Assembly (NCBI GenBank): GCA_023701005.1
Contig: JAMPXW010000001.1
Location: 143,843-207,842, forward strand
Origin: Burkholderiales bacterium
Lineage (GTDB): Bacteria; Patescibacteriota; Minisyncoccia; Phycocordibacterales; UBA9973
DNA: 64,000 nucleotides
Direction of reading: 5' to 3'
Shown here: one piece after another, positions 1-10,100 of the stretch
Position numbering within the stretch: the stretch's first letter is position 1
Layout: the number at the start of each line of letters is the position of its first letter
The notes under the pieces: model-generated
Database searches by the model: none
The model's input: only the letters and a program-made list of their open reading frames with translations
What the model was told of the DNA's origin: nothing
Position numbers and translations under genes: made by a program

Positions 1-404
1 TGTATACTCTCATGGGCGTTGGTTTGGGTTATTTAGAGCTTGGCCAATCTGCTACGACCCTTTCAGGTGGAGAAGCACAACGTGTCAAAATATCTAGCGA
101 ACTTTATCGTCCACATTTAGAAAAAACTATTTATCTTTTAGATGAACCAACGGTTGGTTTACATTATGACGACGTGATAAAGCTTTTAGAAGTTTTAAAT
201 AAACTTGTTTCAAAAGGGAATACTGTAGTTTTAATTGAGCACAACTTAGATGTTATAAAAAATTCAGATTATATTATAGATGTTGGCCCTGAGGGCGGAA
301 TAAAAGGGGGAAACTTGGTGGCGAAAGGTACACCAGAAGAAGTAGCCAACAATCTTAAAAGTTATACAGGTAAATATCTTAAGAAGGCTTTGCGAAATAG
401 ATAA
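1..404 (+). CDS. uvrA: Excinuclease ABC subunit A, C-terminal end (gene continues upstream of window)
   Basis: ABC signature LSGGEAQRV, Walker [12 protein letters not shown]-loop VIEHNLDVI and typical UvrA C-terminus DVGPEGG..G; the ORF is open at the window edge. Confidence 0.85.
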   Translation, partial: YTLMGVGLGYLELGQSATTLSGGEAQRVKISSELYRPHLEKTIYLLDEPTVGLHYDDVIKLLEVLNKLVSKGNTVVLIEHNLDVIKNSDYIIDVGPEGGIKGGNLVAKGTPEEVANNLKSYTGKYLKKALRNR

Positions 405-409
405 AATAT

Positions 410-1789
410 ATGAATTTAAAAGATTTAAAAAAAATAAAGATTCCAGATAAACCAGGAGTATATTTTTTCTTGAAAAACAAGCCTGCCTCGACTCGGCAAG
501 ACGGGGGAATATTATATATTGGTAAGGCAACCTCTTTGAAAGATAGAGTTAGAAGTTATTTTGGGAAAGACCCCGAAGAAAAGCAAGCTTTCTACGGGGC
601 AGGTTTAATAGAGAGTAGAGGGCCTTTAATAGTTAAAATGATTAAAGATGCTGATGAAGTTAAATGGCAAGAGACGGATAGTGTTTTGGAAGCTCTTATT
701 TTAGAAGCTTCTCTTATAAAAAAATATCAACCCAAATATAATACAAAAGAAAAATCTGACAGAAGCTTTAATTATGTTTGTATTACAAAAGAAAAAAAGA
801 TTGCAATAATTCGCGGAAGGAATATTAAAAAAATGGTTTTTGATAAAATATATGGGCCATTTCCTAATAATAGCCAGCTGCGAGAAGCTTTGAGAATTAT
901 AAGAAAAATATTCCCTTATTTTGAAGACAGAAAGAATACAAAAGGTAAAGATGAATTTTATAAACAAATAAAATTAGTGCCAGAAAATTTAATAGAAAAT
1001 AAAAATAATATTAAAAATATTAAATTACTTTTTGAAGGTAAAAAGAAAAAGATTTTTTTAAATTTAAAAAAAGAGATGAATTCTTTTGCAAAGAAGAGAG
1101 CCTTTGAAAAGGCTGGAGAAGTTAAAAGGCAAATTTTTGCACTTCAGCATATAAATGATGTGGCTTTAATAAAAAATAACATTAATGACTTCACAGGTAA
1201 AAAAATTTTTGACTCTGGATTTCTTATTGGAAACCCTGCAAGAGTTTCTTCTAATTTTTCGTCCCTGCGCCCTTCCCCTGAGTACAGAGGTGGGACCCTC
1301 GGGAAGCTCAAAATTAAAAGAAACTCTTGTAGGATAGAGGCTTATGATATTGCGCATATGGGTGGGAAAAACATAGTTGGTGTTATGGTGGTTTTAGTCG
1401 ATGGTGAAATAGAAAAAAGTGAATATAAAAAATTTAAAATAAAAAGCCAAAATAATACGCTTGCCCGCCGTGGTGGGAATGATATTGGAGCCTTGGAAGA
1501 AGTCTTAGAAAGACGTTTTAAACATAGAGAATGGCAATACCCCGATGTTGTTATAATGGATGGGGGAATAGCACAGATTAATTTAGCAAAAAGAATTCTA
1601 TCTAAAATAGATGAAAATATAAAGATAGTTTCTGTATTAAAAGACGAAAAACATAAAGCTAAAGCGATATTGGGGGACAAAACTATTGGTTTAAAATATA
1701 AGAAAGAAATTTTATTAGCCAATAGTGAAGCACATAGGTTTGCTATAAATTATCACAAAAAGTTACGTAATAAAAATTTTATAAAATAA
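410..1789 (+). CDS. uvrC: Excinuclease ABC subunit C, 459 aa, lacking the C-terminal (HhH)2 domain; carries two in-frame hairpin insertions
   Basis: N-terminal GIY-YIG (GVYFF...ILYIGKATSLKDRVRSYF...EALILEASLIKKYQPKYN), UVR motif (KAGEVKRQIFALQHI), RNase H-like endonuclease core (RIEAYDIAHMGG...VVIMDGG). It ends before any HhH motifs. Confidence 0.8.
   Translation: MNLKDLKKIKIPDKPGVYFFLKNKPASTRQDGGILYIGKATSLKDRVRSYFGKDPEEKQAFYGAGLIESRGPLIVKMIKDADEVKWQETDSVLEALILEASLIKKYQPKYNTKEKSDRSFNYVCITKEKKIAIIRGRNIKKMVFDKIYGPFPNNSQLREALRIIRKIFPYFEDRKNTKGKDEFYKQIKLVPENLIENKNNIKNIKLLFEGKKKKIFLNLKKEMNSFAKKRAFEKAGEVKRQIFALQHINDVALIKNNINDFTGKKIFDSGFLIGNPARVSSNFSSLRPSPEYRGGTLGKLKIKRNSCRIEAYDIAHMGGKNIVGVMVVLVDGEIEKSEYKKFKIKSQNNTLARRGGNDIGALEEVLERRFKHREWQYPDVVIMDGGIAQINLAKRILSKIDENIKIVSVLKDEKHKAKAILGDKTIGLKYKKEILLANSEAHRFAINYHKKLRNKNFIK
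571..605. repeat. Short hairpin element family B, copy 1 (ccccgaaGAaaagcaagcttTcTacggggcagg), in frame inside the uvrC GIY-YIG domain
   Basis: Near-identical 35-nt stretch with a ccccg/cgggg stem recurs at 28899-28934 in an intergenic spacer. It adds ~14 aa relative to canonical UvrC spacing between SYF and ETEAL. Confidence 0.55.
1253..1316. repeat. GC-rich palindromic element family A, copy 1 (aatttttcGtccctgcgcccttc...gggaccctcggg...aaaatt), in frame in uvrC
   Basis: Shares a tgcgcccttc...gggaccctc core and AT-rich inverted ends (aaaattttt) with copies at 24757-24818 and 25126-25199. A local GC island in an AT-rich gene. Encodes SSLRPSPEYRGGTLGKLKIK. Confidence 0.6.
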
Positions 1790-1799
1790 ATTAAATTAT

Positions 1800-2276
1800 A
1801 TGAAGAAACAAGAAAATATTTTAATAATAAATGATATAAGAAGTGTGACTAATGTGGGAGCGATGTTTCGTACGGCTGATGCTTGTGGTATTGAAAAGAT
1901 TTATTTAACAGGTTTTTCACCCACACCATTTGATAGATTCGGAAAGATTCGTAAAGATATGGCAAAGTCTGCATTAGGGGCAGAAAATTTTATAGCTTGG
2001 GAATATAAGAAAAATATTTTGCCACTTCTTAAAAAATTTAAAGAAGAAAAATATTTGATAATAGGGATAGAGCAAGATAAAAGATCTATAGATTATAAAA
2101 AAGTAAAAATAACAGAGAAGAATGTTTTTATTGTTGGGGCAGAAGTGACAGGTATACCAAAAAACATACTTCAAAAATGTGATGTAATAGCTGAAATACC
2201 AATGAGAGGAAAGAAAGAATCATTAAATGTTTCTGTTGCTTGTGGAATTGCTTTATTTAGAATTTTGAATATTTAA
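1800..2276 (+). CDS. SpoU/TrmH-family RNA 2'-O-methyltransferase (small, TrmL-like)
   Basis: 158 aa. SPOUT motifs NVGAMFRTADACG, IGIEQD, and C-terminal ESLNVSVACGIALF. Confidence 0.65.
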   Translation: MKKQENILIINDIRSVTNVGAMFRTADACGIEKIYLTGFSPTPFDRFGKIRKDMAKSALGAENFIAWEYKKNILPLLKKFKEEKYLIIGIEQDKRSIDYKKVKITEKNVFIVGAEVTGIPKNILQKCDVIAEIPMRGKKESLNVSVACGIALFRILNI

Positions 2277-2277
2277 A

Positions 2278-3129
2278 TTACTTCATTAAAAGTAGCCCGA
2301 CTAGAGCTATAAGACTACCAAGAATTTTTATTGACAAGTCCTCACGTTCTTTTAAAAAGATAGCTCCTGCTATAAAAATGATGACTACTTTAAAAGTTGT
2401 TATGGCTGAAACTAAACTTAAATTTCCGACGACAAAAATTAAAATTACCCATGACAATGATTGAAGAAAGCGAAGTACTCCTGTAATGGTAATATCTTTT
2501 TTTGAATAAACGCTTTTATTGTGTGTAATTAAAGTAATTAAACCTAAAAAAATACATTGAGCCCACCAGCTAAACATTATTCCTGCTGTAAAACCTGTTA
2601 TTTTCATTAAAGCTCGTTCTGCAACAAGACAAACTCCAAGCATCACACCAGAAAGAATCATAAATATAAAATATCTATCAAATTTGAATTTTCCAATTTT
2701 GTGTTTCTTGGATACAATCAACATGCCGATAAGTAATAATACTGTTCCTAATATCTGAATCAAAGTGAGTTTTTCATTTAGAAATATTGTAGCAAGTACT
2801 ATAGTTATTGGTGTATAAATATTACTAATTAATGAACTTACTCCAGCTTCAACATGTTTTTGAGCGATATATGAGAAAATGAAATATCCAGCACCAAATA
2901 ATCCACAGACCAAAGAAAGTCCGATAAGATAATAAATATTACCTTGGATGTAAAAAGGTTCGAAAAGCGGTAATAATAAACTTAAAATGACAGTAATAAA
3001 TGTTACCTGAAATGCAAAATGTATTTGTCCTTCATTGTCTATATTCTTTTTTGTTGCCAACCATCTGCGCTGTAGTGGTGATGCGCTTGCCGCGACAAAA
3101 TAAAATATATAACTAAAAAATATTAGCAT
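2278..3129 (-). CDS. EamA/DMT-family membrane transporter
   Basis: 283 aa, ~10 hydrophobic helices in two 5-TM halves, with the ALMK/Y..AQK style typical of EamA. Confidence 0.5.
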   Translation of the reverse strand: MLIFFSYIFYFVAASASPLQRRWLATKKNIDNEGQIHFAFQVTFITVILSLLLPLFEPFYIQGNIYYLIGLSLVCGLFGAGYFIFSYIAQKHVEAGVSSLISNIYTPITIVLATIFLNEKLTLIQILGTVLLLIGMLIVSKKHKIGKFKFDRYFIFMILSGVMLGVCLVAERALMKITGFTAGIMFSWWAQCIFLGLITLITHNKSVYSKKDITITGVLRFLQSLSWVILIFVVGNLSLVSAITTFKVVIIFIAGAIFLKEREDLSIKILGSLIALVGLLLMK

Positions 3130-3166
3130 ATTAGCATTTTACACCTTTTTAGAGTATTTTCATATT

Positions 3167-4012
3167 TCATTTTTGATGAATATTGCAAAAATGGGCGCTT
3201 CTGCCGTTTATAATTTTTCTTAAGATTATTCCTTTGCAGTTTTTCTTTTTACATTTTTCTCCGGTTCTTCTGTAGGCTTTGTGGTGAAGTTGAAATTCTC
3301 CTTTTTCTCCAAAAACATTTATATAGTCAGACATTGAATCTCCCCCGAAATCTATTCCTTTAGATAATATTTCTCTTAATGCTTTAAACATTGTTTTGAA
3401 CTCGGATGGTTTTATTTTTGATATTTTTCTTTCTGGGTGCATCCCAATACGCCAAAGTATTTCATCTGAATAAATATTACCGATTCCAGCTATGATGGAT
3501 TGATCCATTAATACTGTCTTTATTTTGCCTTTAGGTTTTTTCTCTAAAGCTTTTTTAAATTTATCTTCATTAAAATTTTTATCTAATGGCTCAGGGCCTA
3601 GGTGTTTTAGATGAGTAGAATCGTGTATTGTGTTAGTATTTATCAAAGTTATTTTCCCAAATTTTCGAGCATCAGAAAAGGCTAGAAAATTATTTTTTGA
3701 TAAATAGAAAAGTACATGTACAAATTTATCTTTGTTGTTGAAAAGTAAATGACCTGTCATTTTCATGTGTACTAAGATAGTTTTATTGTTGTTTAAATTT
3801 ATGAGAATATTTTTTGCTCTTCTTTCTACTGAAAGTATTTTTTTATTTAAAACTTCTTTTTTAAAATACAGAAAAAATCTTGGATTAGCGATATTTCCAA
3901 TTTGACGTTTATCTTTGGTGTTTAGGTCTGTCCAAATTTCTTTTATAGTTAACCCCAAAATAGTTTTTTGGAGTCCACGAACTGTTGTCTCGACTTCTGG
4001 TAATTCAGGCAT
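3167..4012 (-). CDS. mutM: Formamidopyrimidine-DNA glycosylase (Fpg/MutM)
   Basis: N-terminus MPELPEVE, H2TH region, and a C-terminal zinc finger (C..C...C..C in ...HHKAYRRTGEKCKKKNCKGIILRKIINGRSAHFCNIHQK). Confidence 0.85.
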   Translation of the reverse strand: MPELPEVETTVRGLQKTILGLTIKEIWTDLNTKDKRQIGNIANPRFFLYFKKEVLNKKILSVERRAKNILINLNNNKTILVHMKMTGHLLFNNKDKFVHVLFYLSKNNFLAFSDARKFGKITLINTNTIHDSTHLKHLGPEPLDKNFNEDKFKKALEKKPKGKIKTVLMDQSIIAGIGNIYSDEILWRIGMHPERKISKIKPSEFKTMFKALREILSKGIDFGGDSMSDYINVFGEKGEFQLHHKAYRRTGEKCKKKNCKGIILRKIINGRSAHFCNIHQK

Positions 4013-4013
4013 T

Positions 4014-4592
4014 CTATTTATTAGCTAATATTTTCAAAGCCTCACGGATTTTAGTATTTGTGTTTGCTTCAGAAGAAACTTCTTTTAAAGCTTCACGAGC
4101 TTCATTTTGTGAATATCCTAGTGATTTTAATGCTTCTAAGGCATCTAATTCATCTCGAAGGGAAGTACTGCCTTTTTCTTCTGTATTTTTATTTTGCATT
4201 TTATCCCGCAGTTCTATTATAATTTTTTCTGCTGTCTTTTTCCCAATGCCAGATATTTTAGTTAAATAAGCTATATCTCCTGTACTTATAGCTCTTTTTA
4301 ATGTTTCTATAGGGGCGACACCTAGCACACCGAGGGCTCCTTTGGGTCCTATCCCAGATACGTTTATAAGCATTTCAAAAAATTCTAATTCTTCTCTATC
4401 TAAAAAACCGTAAAGATCTAAAATATCTTCTCTTACGTGTGTATGAATCCAAAATAATACAGCCTCTTTTGTATTTTTTAGTTTAGATAAAGTATCAGGG
4501 GAGATGCTTATCTTGTATCCTACTCCACCAGTCTCAACTATGATGAATTTATCATTTTTGAATGTTATTTGTCCCTTTACGCTTCCGATCAT
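4014..4592 (-). CDS. ruvA: Holliday junction DNA helicase subunit RuvA
   Basis: MIGSVKG...ETGGVGYKISIS; HhH motifs LINVSGIGPKGALGVL and ISGIGKKTAEKII; C-terminal domain III. Start taken at the internal ATG (MIGS) rather than the longest ORF. Confidence 0.85.
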   Translation of the reverse strand: MIGSVKGQITFKNDKFIIVETGGVGYKISISPDTLSKLKNTKEAVLFWIHTHVREDILDLYGFLDREELEFFEMLINVSGIGPKGALGVLGVAPIETLKRAISTGDIAYLTKISGIGKKTAEKIIIELRDKMQNKNTEEKGSTSLRDELDALEALKSLGYSQNEAREALKEVSSEANTNTKIREALKILANK

Positions 4593-4620
4593 GAGAATAT
4601 TATAGCATTTATAATTTTTA

Positions 4621-5802
4621 TTATTGAAGAGGTGGACAAATTGTTTTCGAGGCTGTGTTCCCAGCGTATCCAGTTTCATTTATACACCAATATCCATCTG
4701 AAATGGGGGCTATTATAGAATAAGTATCTTTTGAGTCTTTACAATTTAGAGTTGTTAATTTTGTTATACTTTTTATCGCGTTAAGGTATTCATTTGATTT
4801 ACAAAACCCATAATAAGAATTTGATTTCTCATAATAAATCTCTGCGGATGCTCTTGTGCTAGAGAGAGGCTCTTTTATTGTTGCATCCTTTAGATAATCT
4901 TGGGTTTTGTTTGATTTAGCTAATAGAGTTTTAATCGCTGATGGTATGCTGTTTTTATTGATTATAAATGATTTAATTATTTTTTCTATTTGATCTATCC
5001 TATTTTTATCATTTGTTTTTGAAATGACATTAAATATAATACTTAATTTTGTATTATTATAAGTACCTAAGTCTATTACGTAAATAAAAGTGTAAATATT
5101 TGGAAGTTCTTTTTGCAGGTAGATATATTTATATGATGGATGTGTATTAATATCTTCAAAAGAATTTTTTGGAGAGTATTTTTCTATAGAATATTTGTTT
5201 AGCATGATGTCATTAACATCAGTAATGATAGAAATTATAGGATAATCGTCCCATTGACGGATGGTTAAAAGAGCTAAATCATATAAAGAGTTTGTTTGTT
5301 GTTTATCGATTTCTGCCCCTGCTGGATAACTGAAAGAATAAAGTCCATTTATATCGTTATAGACACTTAAAGATGGATCTGTCACTTTGATTTCTTGAGT
5401 ATTTGGAATTATATTATTTTGTTGCTCGGCAGGGGTGGTTGTTTGTATGTTGTTATCTTGGGTTGGTGTTTCCGACAACACTGTTGTATCCCTATTTACA
5501 AATAAATTTTTAATAATAGATGAATCTAATAAGTCGTCTTTTAAATAATAAACAGAAACGCCAGCTATTAATAAAAATAGTATTAATACAATCCAAAATA
5601 TTTTTTTACCAAAATGATTATCAATTTTTGTGATTGATGGTTGTGGTTGAAAAGTTTGTTGCTGAGTTTTAGTAACATCAAATCCTTCTTCTATGTCTTG
5701 GTGGGTCCATCCATTAGCTAATAAATCGCTAGTTATTTTTTCTTTAATTATGCCTACTTGTAATTGTTGTTTAATAAAATTTACTAATTGCTGATTAATC
5801 AT
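4621..5802 (-). CDS. Hypothetical membrane-anchored protein (one N-proximal TM helix, large extracytoplasmic domain, C-terminal Cys-containing region)
   Basis: 393-aa ORF. TM IFWIVLILFLLIAGVSVYY. No recognisable catalytic motif. Confidence 0.4.
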   Translation of the reverse strand: MINQQLVNFIKQQLQVGIIKEKITSDLLANGWTHQDIEEGFDVTKTQQQTFQPQPSITKIDNHFGKKIFWIVLILFLLIAGVSVYYLKDDLLDSSIIKNLFVNRDTTVLSETPTQDNNIQTTTPAEQQNNIIPNTQEIKVTDPSLSVYNDINGLYSFSYPAGAEIDKQQTNSLYDLALLTIRQWDDYPIISIITDVNDIMLNKYSIEKYSPKNSFEDINTHPSYKYIYLQKELPNIYTFIYVIDLGTYNNTKLSIIFNVISKTNDKNRIDQIEKIIKSFIINKNSIPSAIKTLLAKSNKTQDYLKDATIKEPLSSTRASAEIYYEKSNSYYGFCKSNEYLNAIKSITKLTTLNCKDSKDTYSIIAPISDGYWCINETGYAGNTASKTICPPLQ

Positions 5803-5865
5803 AATTAATAGTATATTACTTTAATTTTTGTAATACTAGTAAAAGAAAACTATTTAAGAAAAATA

Positions 5866-5894
5866 TTGCATTTTTGTGACTTTTCTGTTATATT
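5866..5894 (+). promoter_or_regulatory. Sigma70-like promoter of rpsT (TTGCAT-17-TATATT); transcript would be leaderless or nearly so
   Basis: ttgcat at 5866-5871, 17-nt spacer, tatatt at 5889-5894. The rpsT ATG at 5901 lies ~7 nt after the -10, and no SD is possible. Confidence 0.45.
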
Positions 5895-5900
5895 ACATCA

Positions 5901-6152
5901 ATGCCAATAATTAAATCAGCTAAAAAAGCTATACGTAGTTCTCTTCGCAAGAAGGCTTTTAATGATCGTCAAAAGCATGCGATGAAGGATATAATAAAGA
6001 AGATTCAAAAGACTGCTAAAACAGACAAGAAAGCAGCAGAGAAACTTTTAAGTACTGCATATGCTGTGATTGATAAGACAGCAAAGAAGGGTGTTATAAA
6101 GAAAAATAATGCTTCTCGAAAGAAATCTCGTTTAACAAGATTAGTAAAATAA
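5901..6152 (+). CDS. rpsT: 30S ribosomal protein S20
   Basis: MPIIKSAKKAIRSS.RK...N..KHAMKD, basic and 83 aa; typical S20. Confidence 0.85.
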   Translation: MPIIKSAKKAIRSSLRKKAFNDRQKHAMKDIIKKIQKTAKTDKKAAEKLLSTAYAVIDKTAKKGVIKKNNASRKKSRLTRLVK

Positions 6153-6154
6153 AA

Positions 6155-6183
6155 CAAAAAAGCCCCGCAAGGGGCTTTTTTGT
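6155..6183. terminator. Rho-independent terminator (agccccgcaaggggct + T-run); bidirectional between rpsT (+) and csp (-)
   Basis: Perfect GC hairpin followed by ttttttg on the plus strand and preceded by aaaaaa (T-run for the minus strand). Confidence 0.75.
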
Positions 6184-6197
6184 TGTGAAGTTAAATA

Positions 6198-6395
6198 CTA
6201 TGCACGTTGTACGTTTGTAGCATTTAATCCCTTTGGGGATTCTTCTGTTTCGAAAGAAACAGCATCGCCTTCATGTAGCTCGTCGAAGCTTACTCCTACG
6301 AGGGAATTACTATGAAAGAATAAATCTTTCTGTAAACCTTCTCCTACGATGAATCCGAAACCTTTATCAGTTAGTCTTTTTATTGTACCAGTCAT
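6198..6395 (-). CDS. Cold-shock protein (CspA family)
   Basis: MTGTIKRLTDKGFGFI...DLFFH; RNP1/RNP2 motifs; 65 aa. A ~100-nt upstream untranslated region (6396-6500) is consistent with a csp leader. Confidence 0.85.
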   Translation of the reverse strand: MTGTIKRLTDKGFGFIVGEGLQKDLFFHSNSLVGVSFDELHEGDAVSFETEESPKGLNATNVQRA

Positions 6396-6513
6396 TGATT
6401 TTTTTGTTAGATTGTTAAATACAAATAGATAAACTCGAGATCGACTCTTTTCGCACCTACTTTGTTTATTAAGTATGGTATATTAAAGTCTTTTTGTCAA
6501 TCCAAGCAACAAT

Positions 6514-7185
6514 TTAGGATTTTGGATTATTTATTAGATATAAAAAGGTAGATAGTTCTTCGCCTTTTATTTCTTTTAATCCGTTAAGTTTTAGATTACC
6601 TAATTTAATATTCATTATTCTTTCTCGTTTTAGATCTCCTACTTCTTGAAAAAGATTTGAACACATTCTTCTTATTTGGTGTTTTTTCCCTTCAGTTAAT
6701 ATTATTCTGAAAGTATTTTCATTTAATATTGTGACTTTACATTTTTTTGTTAAGTAGCCTTCAATGTTTACACCAGCTTCCATTTTTTGTTTGAAATTTG
6801 AACGTAATTTTTCTTTTGTTCTAACGACGTATTCTTTTTCATGAATATATTTAGGATTCAATAATTTATCCGTAATGCGTCCATCATCAGTCAATATCAT
6901 AAGGCCATGAGAATTTTTGTCTAATCTTCCGAGAGGGAATAGCCCTTCTTTTGGGGAATTGGTTTCTATTCCTATTGGTTTATTGTAAGCAAAGTAAGAA
7001 TACTTTTTTTCCTTTACTCCTTTTACCTCTACCTTATCTCCTTCATTTACTTTGCTTCCAAGGATGGCTAGTTTGCCATTTATAAATACCTTTTTTTCTT
7101 CAATTAAAACATCAGCTCCTTTCCTAGTAGATATGTTTTTAAGAGCTAAATATTTGTTTATCCTCATTGGATATTCGGTATCCAT
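6514..7185 (-). CDS. RsuA/RluB-family rRNA pseudouridine synthase with N-terminal S4 domain
   Basis: S4 domain (RINKYLALKNISTRKGADVLIEEKKVFINGK), catalytic YFAYNKP...LFPLGRLDKNSHGLMILTDDG. Start chosen at MDTEY; MRINKYL is an alternative. Confidence 0.7.
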   Translation of the reverse strand: MDTEYPMRINKYLALKNISTRKGADVLIEEKKVFINGKLAILGSKVNEGDKVEVKGVKEKKYSYFAYNKPIGIETNSPKEGLFPLGRLDKNSHGLMILTDDGRITDKLLNPKYIHEKEYVVRTKEKLRSNFKQKMEAGVNIEGYLTKKCKVTILNENTFRIILTEGKKHQIRRMCSNLFQEVGDLKRERIMNIKLGNLKLNGLKEIKGEELSTFLYLINNPKS

Positions 7186-7186
7186 T

Positions 7187-10100
7187 TTAATGATGTTCTT
7201 TTTTTGAATTATCAGCGACAAATACTACTTCGCGATTATAGTTAGAATATGCTTTTCTTGCTGCGAGTACAAGCAATACTACAAGAAGTATTAATAAGAG
7301 CCATCCTATTAGGTTGTTAGGCAAGAAGCCATTTCCAAATAAGAATGCAAGTGCTCCTAATTGTATCGGCTCAGTTGTGTTTATCGGTTGTTCTACGACT
7401 ACTGGCTGACTCCAAACTTGTGCAGATACATTTGCACTTACTGACTGGGTGTAGCCTGAAGGATCAGTATAAGACAAAATAGCAGGGAAGTTTAGATTTG
7501 TTCCTGCAGGAATGTTTTCTCTTACACGTACTCGTACTGTCACTGTGCCTTCTTTGTTTGCACCAAGTGTTCCCAGGTTGAAGATTAGAGTACTCCCAGA
7601 CCTAGTTGGATTGTTTGGATTTGAGAATATATAATCTACTTCATAAGGAAGATCCATTCGTAGGTTTAATTTTGTGATTGAACCTGTTCCAATGTTTTGG
7701 TAATTTACAGTATAGTTTATTTCGTCTCCTGGTTTTGGTCTTGTGTTGTCTATAGTAGGCACTATTGGTTGATTGCGATCGACAGAAGAAGTGATAAGGA
7801 CAAGGGAAGTAGGTGCTGGTTTTGGATTATTTATTGTTTGTCCACGAACTCCTATAGTGACTGTATCGCTTGCATAACCATAACTATTACTACAAGTTAT
7901 TTTATATGTTTTCCCTGATGTTAATGAACCAGTATAGAAACTAGCTGGTCCAATACTTTTTGTTCCTGACCAACCCGTTGATCCGCCACTAGCTACACAA
8001 GATGTGGCATTTTGAGATGTCCAACGTAGATAAGTAGCACCATTATAAGAGAGACTTTCTTCGTCAGCATTAAGACTAACGTAAGGATCATTTCCACTTG
8101 GTTGATTCTGATTTCCTACATAAACTGTAACTGATTTTGTGTCAGCATTACCGTTGTTATTTGAACAAGTAATATTGTATGTAGTTGTATTTGTGAGAGC
8201 CCCGGTATGAAAACTATTTGAATAAGTACTTTTTGTTCCTGCCCAACCATTAGAGCCAGAATTTGCATAACAAGATGTGGCATTTGTTGGATACCAACGG
8301 ATGTTTGTACTTCCGCCGTATGCGACACTGGTAGAATCAGCAGTTAATGTGACATTTGGTTGATAGATATTGTTATAGTTTTGATTGTTTATATTTATCA
8401 CCACGGATTCAGTTGTAGAACCAGCACTATTACCACAAGTCATCGTGTATACAGTAGTGTAATAGAGTGCTCCAGTAGAGAAGCTACCATTGTATGTGCT
8501 TCTTGACCCTGCCCAATTATTTCCACCATTGCTTGCTGTACAATATGTAGGATTGTTTGTTGGATTCCATGTTAAGTAAGCTCCACTTCCTGAAGTAATG
8601 TAAGTAGAATTAGCGGAAAGATTTATTATAGGAGCTTGTGTGTAATTATTACAATTATTGTAATAAGAACAATCATGATTATTGTTGGTTACATAAACTG
8701 TTACCGAGCTCACAGCTGGGGAAGTATTGTTTGCACCAGAACAGGTGATCGTGTAAGTTGTCGGAGTAGTTAACATCCCAGTATTCCAAGTTCCTGAAAG
8801 ATTTACACTTCCATACCAATAGTTAGAATTATTACTTGTTGCTACACAAGATGTCGCGTTGTTTGAGTTCCAACGTAAGGTTGTGCTGTTTCCATAATTT
8901 ACATTCGTATTATCAGCAGAGATACTAACGGTAGGATTTTGGCTATAACATTGTGGATTTGTATATGTTTGAGTTGAAGGCCCAGAACAATATGCGCCAC
9001 CGTTTGCAGGTGTAGGGTTTGTACAAGTTCTTGTTTGTGTTCCAGATGTACCACAAGCATAATCTCTAGTACTCCAATCACTCCATCCACCATTTATAGG
9101 TTGATTTATTACAGTGTTCGCACATTTTGTCCCGTCCCATTGAGTGTTTGATGCACAACTAGAAGTTATTATTTTTGTATCTAGCAATTCACCATTATTA
9201 TAAAGATAAAAATTTCTTGAACTAAAAGGTATAAATACAGACTGACTTCCGTAATTTCTATTTGCAATAGTTGAACCGTCGTACGGATAAGAAGAAGTTA
9301 CAGAAGAGATACCTTTTGGATTTGTTGTGTTCCAAGTTATTGTTGTATTACAGCCATTTCCATTTAAGGGGATTGTACAGTAAGAAGAACCAGTCAAAGT
9401 TCCTGACATTTGAGAAGGGATGGCTGTCACATAGACTATTGCAGAAGCTGAAGTTGATTTTCCTCCACCATAACAAGTTATATTGTAAGTTGTATTAGAA
9501 GTTGGATTTACTGTTTGATTTCCATTTGTTGTTCCTCCGCCATACATCCAACTTGCTGAACATGAATCAGCGTTTGAGCTATTCCAAGCAAGATTTACAG
9601 ATTGCCCAGCAGTAATCGTTGTGTTGCTTTTTCCGTCTACTGTTAGAGATACGGTAGGATTATTTACGACACAAGCAGGGTTTGTGTATGATTGTGTAGA
9701 AGGTCCAGAACAATATGCGCCACCGTTTGCAGGTGTAGGGTTTGTACAAGTTCTTGTTTGTGTTCCAGATGTACCACAAGCATAATCTCTAGTACTCCAA
9801 TCACTCCATCCACCATTTACGGGAACTAAACAAGCACTATTTGTGTATGTTTGAGTTTCTGTACTTGGCCCAGAACAATATGCACCACCATATGCAGGCG
9901 TAGGATTATTACAAGAACGAGTTCTTGTTTGAACACCAGAGTATCCACATTGAGTACTTTTTGGGCTCCAGTCGCTCCAAGCACTCCAACCGCCGTTTAC
10001 TGGTTGATTTACTACAGTACATGTGGAAGTTGTGAAATTAAGAATATTTAAATATGCTGTTCCGTAATTATTGGTAACTTCGAGTCTAAAATAATAAGTA

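Noticed and set aside
264-1722. Antisense ORFs on the minus strand inside uvrA/uvrC (264-530, 701-967, 1166-1357, 1342-1722)
   Set aside because: Completely overlapped by strongly supported uvrA/uvrC coding frames. Low-complexity AT-driven translations with no motifs.
8988-9825. ~120-bp perfect direct repeat, considered as a possible CRISPR-like or mobile repeat
   Set aside because: Only two copies ~700 bp apart, both in frame within one gene and encoding identical TSP1 units: an intragenic domain duplication, not an array.
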